Shown: piece after piece, positions 17,162 through 24,221 of the stretch
Numbering within the stretch: the stretch's first letter is position 1
How the letters are laid out: the number at the start of each line of letters is the position of its first letter
Assembly: GCA_964498955.1 (NCBI GenBank)
Contig: CAZCIE010000002.1
Span: 1 to 28,508 of the forward strand
DNA: 28,508 nucleotides
Direction of reading: 5' to 3'
From: an uncultured Candidatus Saccharimonas sp.
GTDB lineage: Bacteria > Patescibacteriota > Saccharimonadia > Saccharimonadales > Saccharimonadaceae
Made by a program: the position numbers and the translations under genes
The notes under the pieces: model-generated
Database searches by the model: none
Told to the model about the DNA's origin: nothing
The model's input: the letters and a program-made list of their open reading frames with translations, nothing else

Positions 17162-17463
17162 ATTGCATTCGAAATGCTAGGGCCTCTTTCAAAGATGAGC
17201 GCACCCTTTACTCTAAGGTAATATTTAGGCGCTACCACCGAATTAATCTCTTATTTTCCAAAGTGCATATAGTCATCGCAAAACAAAACATATGCTTTTC
17301 GCTGTGCTCCAGCGGCTAGTAAAGTCCTAACCTCACTCAGTATATCTACGGATATCCTTCAATCGGTTTGACCATTACTAGCTTGCTGTTTCACTACCGA
17401 AAAGACACATGTTTTGCCTTGTGATGACTATAAATATCTACCTAACAGAAAGGCTATTTTATA
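17162..17463 (+). ncRNA. Putative structured RNA (5' leader of the DEAD-box helicase, or an independent ncRNA)
   Basis: Long-range stem 17268-17301 / 17398-17432, inner stem 17315-17322 / 17375-17382, and hairpin ATATC-TACG-GATAT (17342-17355). Confidence 0.65.
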
Positions 17464-18675
17464 ATGGCATATCAACAAAGAAGTGGCGGACGCCCAGGTG
17501 GCAGCCGTCCAAGTTTTAACAGAGGCCGCAGTGGCGGTTCTCGTCGAGGTCCTGTTAAAAAATATATCAATCCAGCTAAGTTTATTAATCATGCAACTGC
17601 AAAGATTGATGAAGTTCCTTATGTATCCGAAAATACATTTGCCGACTTTGGTTTTAGTGAGAAATTAAAAAATAACATTGTCAAAAAAGGCTATGAAAAG
17701 ACTACGTCTATCCAAGACCAAGCAATTAAGTCAATTATGGAAGGCAAAGATCTAATTGGTCTTGCTAACACCGGTACTGGTAAGACGGCAGCCTTTTTAT
17801 TGCCGATTATTGACCATCAAATAGGTGAAAACCTGCGGCCAAGTGTCCTAATTATTGCTCCAACTCGCGAACTTGCTCAGCAAATTGATGACGAGTTTCG
17901 TTCGTTTGCTTTTGGCTTAGATTTATATTCGTCACTCGTCGTCGGTGGTGTACCTGCTGATCGACAAATCCGTGAGTTAAAACGTCGCCCACATTTTATA
18001 ATTGGAACACCGGGACGATTAAAGGATATGATGACTCGTCGATATATTGATTTGCGAAACATTAATACATTAGTATTAGACGAAGCTGACCGAATGCTAG
18101 ATATGGGCTTTTTGCCTGATATTCGCGCCATTGTTGGTCAAACTCCTGAAAACAGGCAAACGCTACTTTTTAGCGCTACTACGACCCCAGAGATTATGGG
18201 AATTGTAAGCAATTTTACCAAAGATCCTGTCACTGTATCTGTGCGAACTAGCGAAACAAATGAGCATATTGAACAAGATGTTATCGAAGCTCGTGATAAA
18301 GCTCATAAAATTGAGCTATTAACCGAGATGTTAAGCGACAGCCAAAAATACGATAAAGTTTTGGTTTTTGGTGAAACAAAATTTGGCGTTCAGCGATTGT
18401 CAGATCATTTAGATAATTCTGGTATTAGCTCGATCGCGATTCACGGCAATAAAAACCAATCTCAACGACAACGTGCTTTAAAGCAATTTAAAGACGGCAA
18501 TGTGCGAGTAATGGTTGCAACAGATGTTGCTGCAAGGGGCCTAGATATTCCAAACGTATCTCACGTTATCAACTTTGATACTCCACAATGTTACGAAGAT
18601 TATATTCACCGAATTGGCCGTACTGGCCGTGCTGGTGCCGCTGGTCACGCCCACACATTTATTGACAGACGATAA
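17464..18675 (+). CDS. DEAD-box ATP-dependent RNA helicase
   Basis: Q motif, TGTGKT, PTRELAQQ, TPGRL, DEAD, SAT, ATDVAARGLD and HRIGRTGR. SD AGAAAGG. Confidence 0.97.
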   Translation: MAYQQRSGGRPGGSRPSFNRGRSGGSRRGPVKKYINPAKFINHATAKIDEVPYVSENTFADFGFSEKLKNNIVKKGYEKTTSIQDQAIKSIMEGKDLIGLANTGTGKTAAFLLPIIDHQIGENLRPSVLIIAPTRELAQQIDDEFRSFAFGLDLYSSLVVGGVPADRQIRELKRRPHFIIGTPGRLKDMMTRRYIDLRNINTLVLDEADRMLDMGFLPDIRAIVGQTPENRQTLLFSATTTPEIMGIVSNFTKDPVTVSVRTSETNEHIEQDVIEARDKAHKIELLTEMLSDSQKYDKVLVFGETKFGVQRLSDHLDNSGISSIAIHGNKNQSQRQRALKQFKDGNVRVMVATDVAARGLDIPNVSHVINFDTPQCYEDYIHRIGRTGRAGAAGHAHTFIDRR

Positions 18676-18685
18676 AATATTTATT

Positions 18686-18714
18686 AACAAGAGGCTATAA
18701 CAACCTCTTGTTTT
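18686..18714 (+). terminator. Intrinsic terminator after the DEAD-box helicase
   Basis: AACAAGAGG (18686-18694) / CCTCTTGTT (18704-18712) inverted repeat ending in TTTT. Confidence 0.75.
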
Positions 18715-18718
18715 GATG

Positions 18719-18724
18719 TATAAT
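18719..18724 (+). promoter_or_regulatory. -10 box for the gat operon (probably leaderless)
   Basis: TATAAT 8 nt before gatC ATG 18733, with no SD. Confidence 0.6.
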
Positions 18725-18732
18725 ATCTGCAT

Positions 18733-19023
18733 ATGACACAAATAACCCGCGAGGATGTGCTGCATCTGGCACAGTTATCTAGCTTGAAGCTAACAGATGA
18801 AGAAATTTCTAGATTGCAAAATGACATTACCAATATTTTGGGATATGTTGATCTGTTGAAAAGTTTGAATACAGAAGGTGTTGAGCCAACTTATCAAGTA
18901 ACAGGCCTATCGAATGTATGGCGAGAAGATAAGATTATTGATTATGGCCTATCGCGTAATGATTTGCTAAGTCTTGCACCCGAAATTGCAGATAACTCGG
19001 TGAAGGTTCCGAAGGTATTATAA
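18733..19023 (+). CDS. gatC: Asp/Glu-tRNA amidotransferase subunit C
   Basis: ITREDVLHLAQLSSL, ILGYVDLL, TEGVEPT, WRED and VPKVL. TAATG coupling to gatA. Confidence 0.95.
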   Translation: MTQITREDVLHLAQLSSLKLTDEEISRLQNDITNILGYVDLLKSLNTEGVEPTYQVTGLSNVWREDKIIDYGLSRNDLLSLAPEIADNSVKVPKVL

Positions 19024-20408
19024 TGACTACAATTTCAGACATACTTGACCAAATTAAATCGACCTCGGCTCGGTCGGTTGTTGAGCAATCAATTAAAAAA
19101 GCCAAAGACTACAAAGATTATCATGCGTTATTGTGCATGACTGAAAAACGAGCATTAGAGCGTGCAGATGCTGTCGATACTGGCAAAATCACTGGAAAAC
19201 TTGCTGGTGTGCCATTTGTTGTAAAAGATAATTTTTTGGCATTTGGCGCTCCAACATCGGCTGCCAGTAAAATGTTAGAAAATTTTAATGCTCCACTTCA
19301 AGCGACTGCTGTTGAAAAGCTAGAGGCCGAAGGTGCTATTTGTATAGGTAAATCAAACTTAGATGCATTTGCTCATGGTGGAAGTACCGAAAACTCATAT
19401 TTTGGACCCACAAAAAACGCCATAGATGAGTCAAAAGTCGCCGGTGGCTCAAGTGGTGGTTCGGCTGTTGTGACAGCGCTTGATATCGTGCCATTTGCAC
19501 TTGGTAGTGATACGGGCGGTTCAATTCGTCAGCCCGCTAGTTATAATGGTGTTATTGGCATAAAACCAACATATGGCACAGTTAGTCGATACGGTGTTGT
19601 AGCGATGGCAAGCAGTACGGATACAATTGGTGTTTTTTCGAATAATGTTGCTGATGGTGCAACAGTTTTGGATATAATAGCTGGACGTGATAATAATGAT
19701 ATGACAACTTTACCTGATTATTTTAAAGTTTTGCCAGATTCTGTGATTCCGCAAAAAATTGGGTTAATTCGTGATTGGATGACCGAGTCAGTTGATTCTG
19801 ATGTACGCGCGCGAGTTAATGAATACGCTGACAAATTGCGATCAGCCGGCCACACGGTAATCGAAGTCGATTTGCCAATGGCTGAATATGCATTGGCAAT
19901 ATATTATATTGTTACACCTGCTGAAATTTGTAGTAATTTGGCGCGCTATGACGGCATCCGTTATACTCATCGTTCTAATGATGCAAAGTCGCTTACTGAA
20001 TTGTATGGAAAAAGCCGAGACGAAGGTTTTATGACCGAAAACAAGCGTCGAATAATGATCGGCAGCTACGTCTTGTCGAGTGGCTTCTTTGATGCATATT
20101 ACTTGAAGGCTCAAAAAGCCAGAACGTTGTTAATAAATGAATTTGATAAATTATTCGAGAATTTTGATGTTTTAATAGGACCAGTCGCTCCAACAACTGC
20201 CTTTGGTATGGGTGAAAATACAGCTGACCCAATAAAAATGTATCTTGAGGATATTATGACAGTCCCGGCTTCTCTTGCCGGACTGCCAGCAATTAGTGTG
20301 CCTGCTGGTCTGGGCAAAAACGGGTTACCAGTTGGTGTCCAGTTTGTCGGTCCACGTCAAAGTGACTCTAAAATTTTGGCATTAATTAAATCGATGGAGA
20401 ATAAATAA
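19023..20408 (+). CDS. gatA: Asp/Glu-tRNA amidotransferase subunit A
   Basis: VVKDN, GGSSGGSA and GSDTGGSIRQPA amidase signature, NLARYDG. Confidence 0.97.
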   Translation: MTTISDILDQIKSTSARSVVEQSIKKAKDYKDYHALLCMTEKRALERADAVDTGKITGKLAGVPFVVKDNFLAFGAPTSAASKMLENFNAPLQATAVEKLEAEGAICIGKSNLDAFAHGGSTENSYFGPTKNAIDESKVAGGSSGGSAVVTALDIVPFALGSDTGGSIRQPASYNGVIGIKPTYGTVSRYGVVAMASSTDTIGVFSNNVADGATVLDIIAGRDNNDMTTLPDYFKVLPDSVIPQKIGLIRDWMTESVDSDVRARVNEYADKLRSAGHTVIEVDLPMAEYALAIYYIVTPAEICSNLARYDGIRYTHRSNDAKSLTELYGKSRDEGFMTENKRRIMIGSYVLSSGFFDAYYLKAQKARTLLINEFDKLFENFDVLIGPVAPTTAFGMGENTADPIKMYLEDIMTVPASLAGLPAISVPAGLGKNGLPVGVQFVGPRQSDSKILALIKSMENK

Positions 20409-20410
20409 AT

Positions 20411-20830
20411 ATGAACGGCTCAATTATTTTTATGTTTGCTGGAATCTTAACTTTAGGTGCTTTATTTTTTGCAATAATTTGCTTAAACAAAAAAGGTGTA
20501 AGGCGTATTAATGTCGAATATTATCGCACAAAATGCCTAGAGATTGAGCATCAACTTAAACGTGATGAGTCATCCAGCTATTCGATGTGTGTGATTAATG
20601 CCGATAAATTGGTTGATCAGGCGCTTCGCGAGCGTGGTTTCAAAGGAAAAACAATGGCTGAGCGTATGAAAAACAGCGCATCTGTGTTTAGTGATCGAAA
20701 CGGAATCTGGAAAGCTCATATATTACGAAACAAGATATCTCATGAAGTAAATTTTCATGTAACCTACGAAGACGCTTTATATGCACTTGCTGATTTTCGC
20801 AAGGCCCTAAAAGACATCGGAGCAATATAA
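20411..20830 (+). CDS. Hypothetical single-pass membrane protein with HEPN/DUF4145-like RxxxxH motif
   Basis: N-terminal TM helix, then an all-helical domain with ADKLVDQAL, GKTMAERMK and AHILRNKISHE. Starts 2 nt after gatA and is TAATG-coupled to gatB. Confidence 0.8.
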   Translation: MNGSIIFMFAGILTLGALFFAIICLNKKGVRRINVEYYRTKCLEIEHQLKRDESSSYSMCVINADKLVDQALRERGFKGKTMAERMKNSASVFSDRNGIWKAHILRNKISHEVNFHVTYEDALYALADFRKALKDIGAI

Positions 20831-22287
20831 TGAGTCTTGATGATATTACAAGCAAATATGAAATGACAGTTGGAGTTGAATGCCATGTTCAGTTGTCAAC
20901 CAACACAAAATTATTTAGTGGCGCAGATAACGACGAGCGAAACCAGTCACCAAATGCTGTTGTCAGTCCGATTGATTTTGCGCTGCCAGGCATGTTGCCA
21001 GTGTTAAATCGTGGCGCAGTTGATTTAGCAATCAAAGCCGGAAAAGCGTTAAATTGTAAGATTGCAAATATTAGTCGATTTGACCGAAAGCATTATTTTT
21101 ATCCTGATTTACCAAAAGGTTATCAAACGACTCAGATGTACCAACCGATTATTGGTGCTGGTATAATCAATGTGCCGCTTGACGATGGCGGTTCGATTGA
21201 TGTGCGTATAAATCATGCTCACCTAGAAGAGGACGCAGGTAAATTGACCCATTTTAGTGATTATAGTCTAGTTGATATTAACCGTGCAGGTACACCTCTT
21301 ATCGAAATTGTATCCGAACCAGATATTCATTCGGCCGTTCAGGCAAAAGCTTATGCAGCAGAATTGTATCGGTTAATGACTTACGCCGGAGTTACGCGCG
21401 GTGATTTATACCATGGCAATATGCGTTTTGATGTTAATGTATCGGCGGCTTTAAAAGGTTCATCAACACTCGGAACTCGGACTGAAGTAAAAAATCTTAA
21501 TTCATTTAAAAGTGTTGAACGAGCTGCTGAATTTGAGTTTCGTCGTCAAATTGAGATTCTTGAAAAAGGCGAAAAAGTTGTTCAAGAAACACGCGGCTGG
21601 GATGATAACAAGCAAAAAACTACGTCTCAACGCAGTAAAGAGGATGCCCAGGATTATCGTTATATGCCCGATGCAGACATTCCGCCAATTATTTTAACAG
21701 ATGAAGAAATAAAAAAGATTCAATCAACTGTCCCAGCACTACCATCATTTTACAGGGTTGAATGGAAAGATTTTGGCTTAGACAGCACCGTTGTTAACGC
21801 ATTATTATTGTGTCGAGAAAACGCCGAAAAGCTCCAAAGAATTTATAAAAAAGTTAAAGATACACAGGTAGCTAGACGAATTGGGCTTTGGATATCAAAG
21901 ATTGCTGGGAAGCAAAATATTGATGATTTATCGGCAAAATCAGTCACAGTAACTGACCAACAGTTGATTGAACTATCAGAAATGGTTAAAGCCGATGAAT
22001 TAAATTCAAATGCCGTCGATGAAGTATTGTTCGCCATGATGTCGTCTGGTGATAGTCCTAAACAGATTGCAAACGCCAAAAATTTATTACAAGTTAGTGA
22101 CGAAAGTCAAATAACCAAAATTGTCGATGAAATCTTAGGTCTGCCAGAATCAGCCAAAGCTGTCGAGGACATAAAATCTGGAAATGAAAAAGCCATAGGA
22201 TATTTAGTCGGCCAAATTATGCGAAAATCTGCAGGTAAAGCAAACCCTTCAACTGTTCAAAAAATAATTAAAGAAAGGATTAAATAA
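20830..22287 (+). CDS. gatB: Asp/Glu-tRNA amidotransferase subunit B
   Basis: GVECHVQL, RKHYFYPDLPKGYQ, HLEEDAGK, NRAGTPLIEIVSEP, EVKNLNS, YRYMPD and a C-terminal YqeY domain. Confidence 0.98.
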   Translation: MSLDDITSKYEMTVGVECHVQLSTNTKLFSGADNDERNQSPNAVVSPIDFALPGMLPVLNRGAVDLAIKAGKALNCKIANISRFDRKHYFYPDLPKGYQTTQMYQPIIGAGIINVPLDDGGSIDVRINHAHLEEDAGKLTHFSDYSLVDINRAGTPLIEIVSEPDIHSAVQAKAYAAELYRLMTYAGVTRGDLYHGNMRFDVNVSAALKGSSTLGTRTEVKNLNSFKSVERAAEFEFRRQIEILEKGEKVVQETRGWDDNKQKTTSQRSKEDAQDYRYMPDADIPPIILTDEEIKKIQSTVPALPSFYRVEWKDFGLDSTVVNALLLCRENAEKLQRIYKKVKDTQVARRIGLWISKIAGKQNIDDLSAKSVTVTDQQLIELSEMVKADELNSNAVDEVLFAMMSSGDSPKQIANAKNLLQVSDESQITKIVDEILGLPESAKAVEDIKSGNEKAIGYLVGQIMRKSAGKANPSTVQKIIKERIK

Positions 22288-23166
22288 ATGCGCCAACCAA
22301 CAAAAGCAATTATATTAGCAGCAGGTTTTGGGACTAGGTTCTTGCCAGCATGCAAATCAATTCCAAAAGAGATGTTTCCGGTTATTGACAAGCCTGTAAT
22401 TCAGTTAATTGTTGAGCAGGCAGTCGCGTCTGGTGTCAAAGATATTATTATTGTTACTAGCAGCCGAAAACATGCAATTGAAGACCATTTTGATCGTGAC
22501 GAAACACTTGAAAGACAGTTACGAGATAATGGCAAAGACCAAATTGCTGATGAAATTAAAGACATTGCCGAAATGGCCAACTTTATTTATGTGCGGCAAA
22601 AAGGCACCCCAAAAGGAACTGCCAGGCCAATCCTTAACTGCGCACATTTGATTGACGATGACGAGCCATTTTATGTATTCTTTGCGGATGATTTTTATGT
22701 TACCAAAGGCACACCTTGGCCGGCACAATTACAAGAAGCATATAATAAGACTGGTAAAACAGTCATTTCAATGATGGAGATCGACAAAAAAGACGCTGAC
22801 AAATATGCAATTGCTGTATTTGGTGAAAAAATTAATGATCGAGTCTTCCAAATCGAAGAATTAATCGAAAAACCAGGCGCCGATGCTGCCAAGTCAAACT
22901 TTGCTTCAATTAGCGGTTTTTTGTTAACTCCAGACATTTTGCCAATTCTTGAAAAGATTCCAGTTTCAAAAAGTGGTGAAATCTTTCTGGCAGATGGTTT
23001 AAACGAACTTGCAAAAAAAGACAAGATTTATGGTTGCTTTGTCGACGGGGTGCGATATGATACTGGTGACAAATTACTGTATATCAAGGCGATTGTTGAT
23101 TTGGCACTAAATGATGTTCGTTTTAAGGACGATTTGAAACAATATTTAAGAGATAAAATAGCTTAG
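22288..23166 (+). CDS. galU: UTP--glucose-1-phosphate uridylyltransferase
   Basis: AAGFGTRFLPA.K..PKEM, DHFD, VRQ...KG, EKP and RYDTG motifs. Confidence 0.92.
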   Translation: MRQPTKAIILAAGFGTRFLPACKSIPKEMFPVIDKPVIQLIVEQAVASGVKDIIIVTSSRKHAIEDHFDRDETLERQLRDNGKDQIADEIKDIAEMANFIYVRQKGTPKGTARPILNCAHLIDDDEPFYVFFADDFYVTKGTPWPAQLQEAYNKTGKTVISMMEIDKKDADKYAIAVFGEKINDRVFQIEELIEKPGADAAKSNFASISGFLLTPDILPILEKIPVSKSGEIFLADGLNELAKKDKIYGCFVDGVRYDTGDKLLYIKAIVDLALNDVRFKDDLKQYLRDKIA

Positions 23167-23170
23167 CCTA

Positions 23171-23200
23171 TTGCTTTTTCTATACAGCTTGTGGTATAAT
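23171..23200 (+). promoter_or_regulatory. Sigma70 promoter for the DUF948-like/YtxH pair
   Basis: TTGCTT (23171-23176), 18 nt, TATAAT (23195-23200) with TG extension. Confidence 0.6.
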
Positions 23201-23243
23201 AAAAATATAAGGTACGTAATCAAATAAAAAAGAAAAGGAAAAT

Positions 23244-23498
23244 ATGAACTTTGCAGCAGAAATACTAGTAATAATTTTATCAATCTTTTTAGCGATATTT
23301 TTAATACTGGCAATTATATTGTCAGCTTATCTGATATCGTTAACACGCCAAATTCGTCGCATAACGAATTCGGCTGAACGAACAGTCGACAATATCGGTT
23401 CAGTTGTAAGTGACGTTTCAAAAATCACAACTCCGATGTTTATTGCAGACATGGTTAGTAAATTTGTTAATAAAATGAAGAAAGAAAAAAAGGAGTAA
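23244..23498 (+). CDS. Small membrane protein, DUF948/YtxG-like (84 aa)
   Basis: N-terminal TM helix followed by an amphipathic coiled coil. SD AAAGGA. Adjacent to a YtxH-like gene, the usual pairing. Confidence 0.7.
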   Translation: MNFAAEILVIILSIFLAIFLILAIILSAYLISLTRQIRRITNSAERTVDNIGSVVSDVSKITTPMFIADMVSKFVNKMKKEKKE

Positions 23499-23502
23499 AT
23501 AT

Positions 23503-23811
23503 ATGTCAAAAGGTAAATTTGCATTAGGCGCAATTCTTGGGACAATAGCAGGAGTTGTAACAGGCATATTAACAGCACCAAAAAGCGGAAAAGAAACAAG
23601 GGCGGATATAAAAGCTAAGGCTGCAGAAGTCAAAGAAGATATAACAGAAAAGGCTGAAAAATATTCAGATGAGGCCGAACAAATGTTAGACAAAGCCAAA
23701 GATAAGGCTAAAGAAGTTATAACCGATGTTCAAAAAAGTGCCGAAGATTTAAAAAAACGAACTGAACGAGCCGTCGAAGGCGCGAAAAAAGGCTTTTCTG
23801 ATAAAAATTAA
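23503..23811 (+). CDS. YtxH-domain protein
   Basis: GAILG..AG...GIL.APKSGKETR motif followed by a K/E/A coiled coil. SD AAGGAG. Confidence 0.88.
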   Translation: MSKGKFALGAILGTIAGVVTGILTAPKSGKETRADIKAKAAEVKEDITEKAEKYSDEAEQMLDKAKDKAKEVITDVQKSAEDLKKRTERAVEGAKKGFSDKN

Positions 23812-23825
23812 TTTATTTTGAAAAT

Positions 23826-23857
23826 AATAGCACACAACTTGATTTGTGTGCTATTTT
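23826..23857 (+). terminator. Intrinsic terminator after the YtxH gene
   Basis: 12-bp inverted repeat AATAGCACACAA (23826-23837) / TTGTGTGCTATT (23844-23855) ending in a T run. Confidence 0.8.
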
Positions 23858-23878
23858 AGTTATAGGAGCATAAGTAAA

Positions 23879-24160
23879 ATGATTAGAAAAATTAATGAAA
23901 TGGTAGCGAACACTGTTAAAGAAAGCAGCGAACGAGCAGCCCGCCGAAAGCTACTTGAGGAGCTTTTTTATGATTTTTATAGAAGTCGAGGCCAAATCTA
24001 TTGGCTAAATTTTGTACGAGGGATTTTTTTTGGGTTTGGCACAATTGTTGGTGGTACTGTAATAGTCGCCATATTAATTTGGGTTTTAAGCCTTGTCGCC
24101 AATTGGTTCCCATGGATAGGTGCATCAATTTCAGAATTAATTGAGACGATCAAAAAATAA
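23879..24160 (+). CDS. DUF5665-like small membrane protein (93 aa)
   Basis: NFVRGIFFGFGTIVGGTVIVAIL pattern, recalled as typical of DUF5665. Start moved to ATG 23879 after AGGAG. Confidence 0.75.
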   Translation: MIRKINEMVANTVKESSERAARRKLLEELFYDFYRSRGQIYWLNFVRGIFFGFGTIVGGTVIVAILIWVLSLVANWFPWIGASISELIETIKK

Positions 24161-24207
24161 AATTTTTAATAAGTCCATTTTACTACATAAAAGTGGTAAA
24201 TATTCGC

Positions 24208-24213
24208 TATAAT
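24208..24213 (+). promoter_or_regulatory. -10 box for dnaE (probably leaderless)
   Basis: TATAAT 8 nt before ATG 24222. Confidence 0.6.
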
Positions 24214-24221
24214 TAGAGTGT

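Noticed and set aside
17174-17330. Two tiny uORFs in the helicase leader (17174-17221, 15 aa; 17292-17330, 12 aa)
   Set aside because: No SD and no regulatory codon runs. They are expected by chance in 300 nt, and the RNA structure explains the region better.
17268-17432. Calling the long stem a transposon (MITE) inverted repeat or definitively 6S RNA
   Set aside because: The G-U pair, bulges and UNCG loop point to RNA-level structure, and no target-site duplication or transposase is visible. 6S identity cannot be asserted without a covariance-model search.
23846-23878. Longer start for the DUF5665-like gene
   Set aside because: It lies inside the terminator stem. ATG 23879 has an AGGAG SD.
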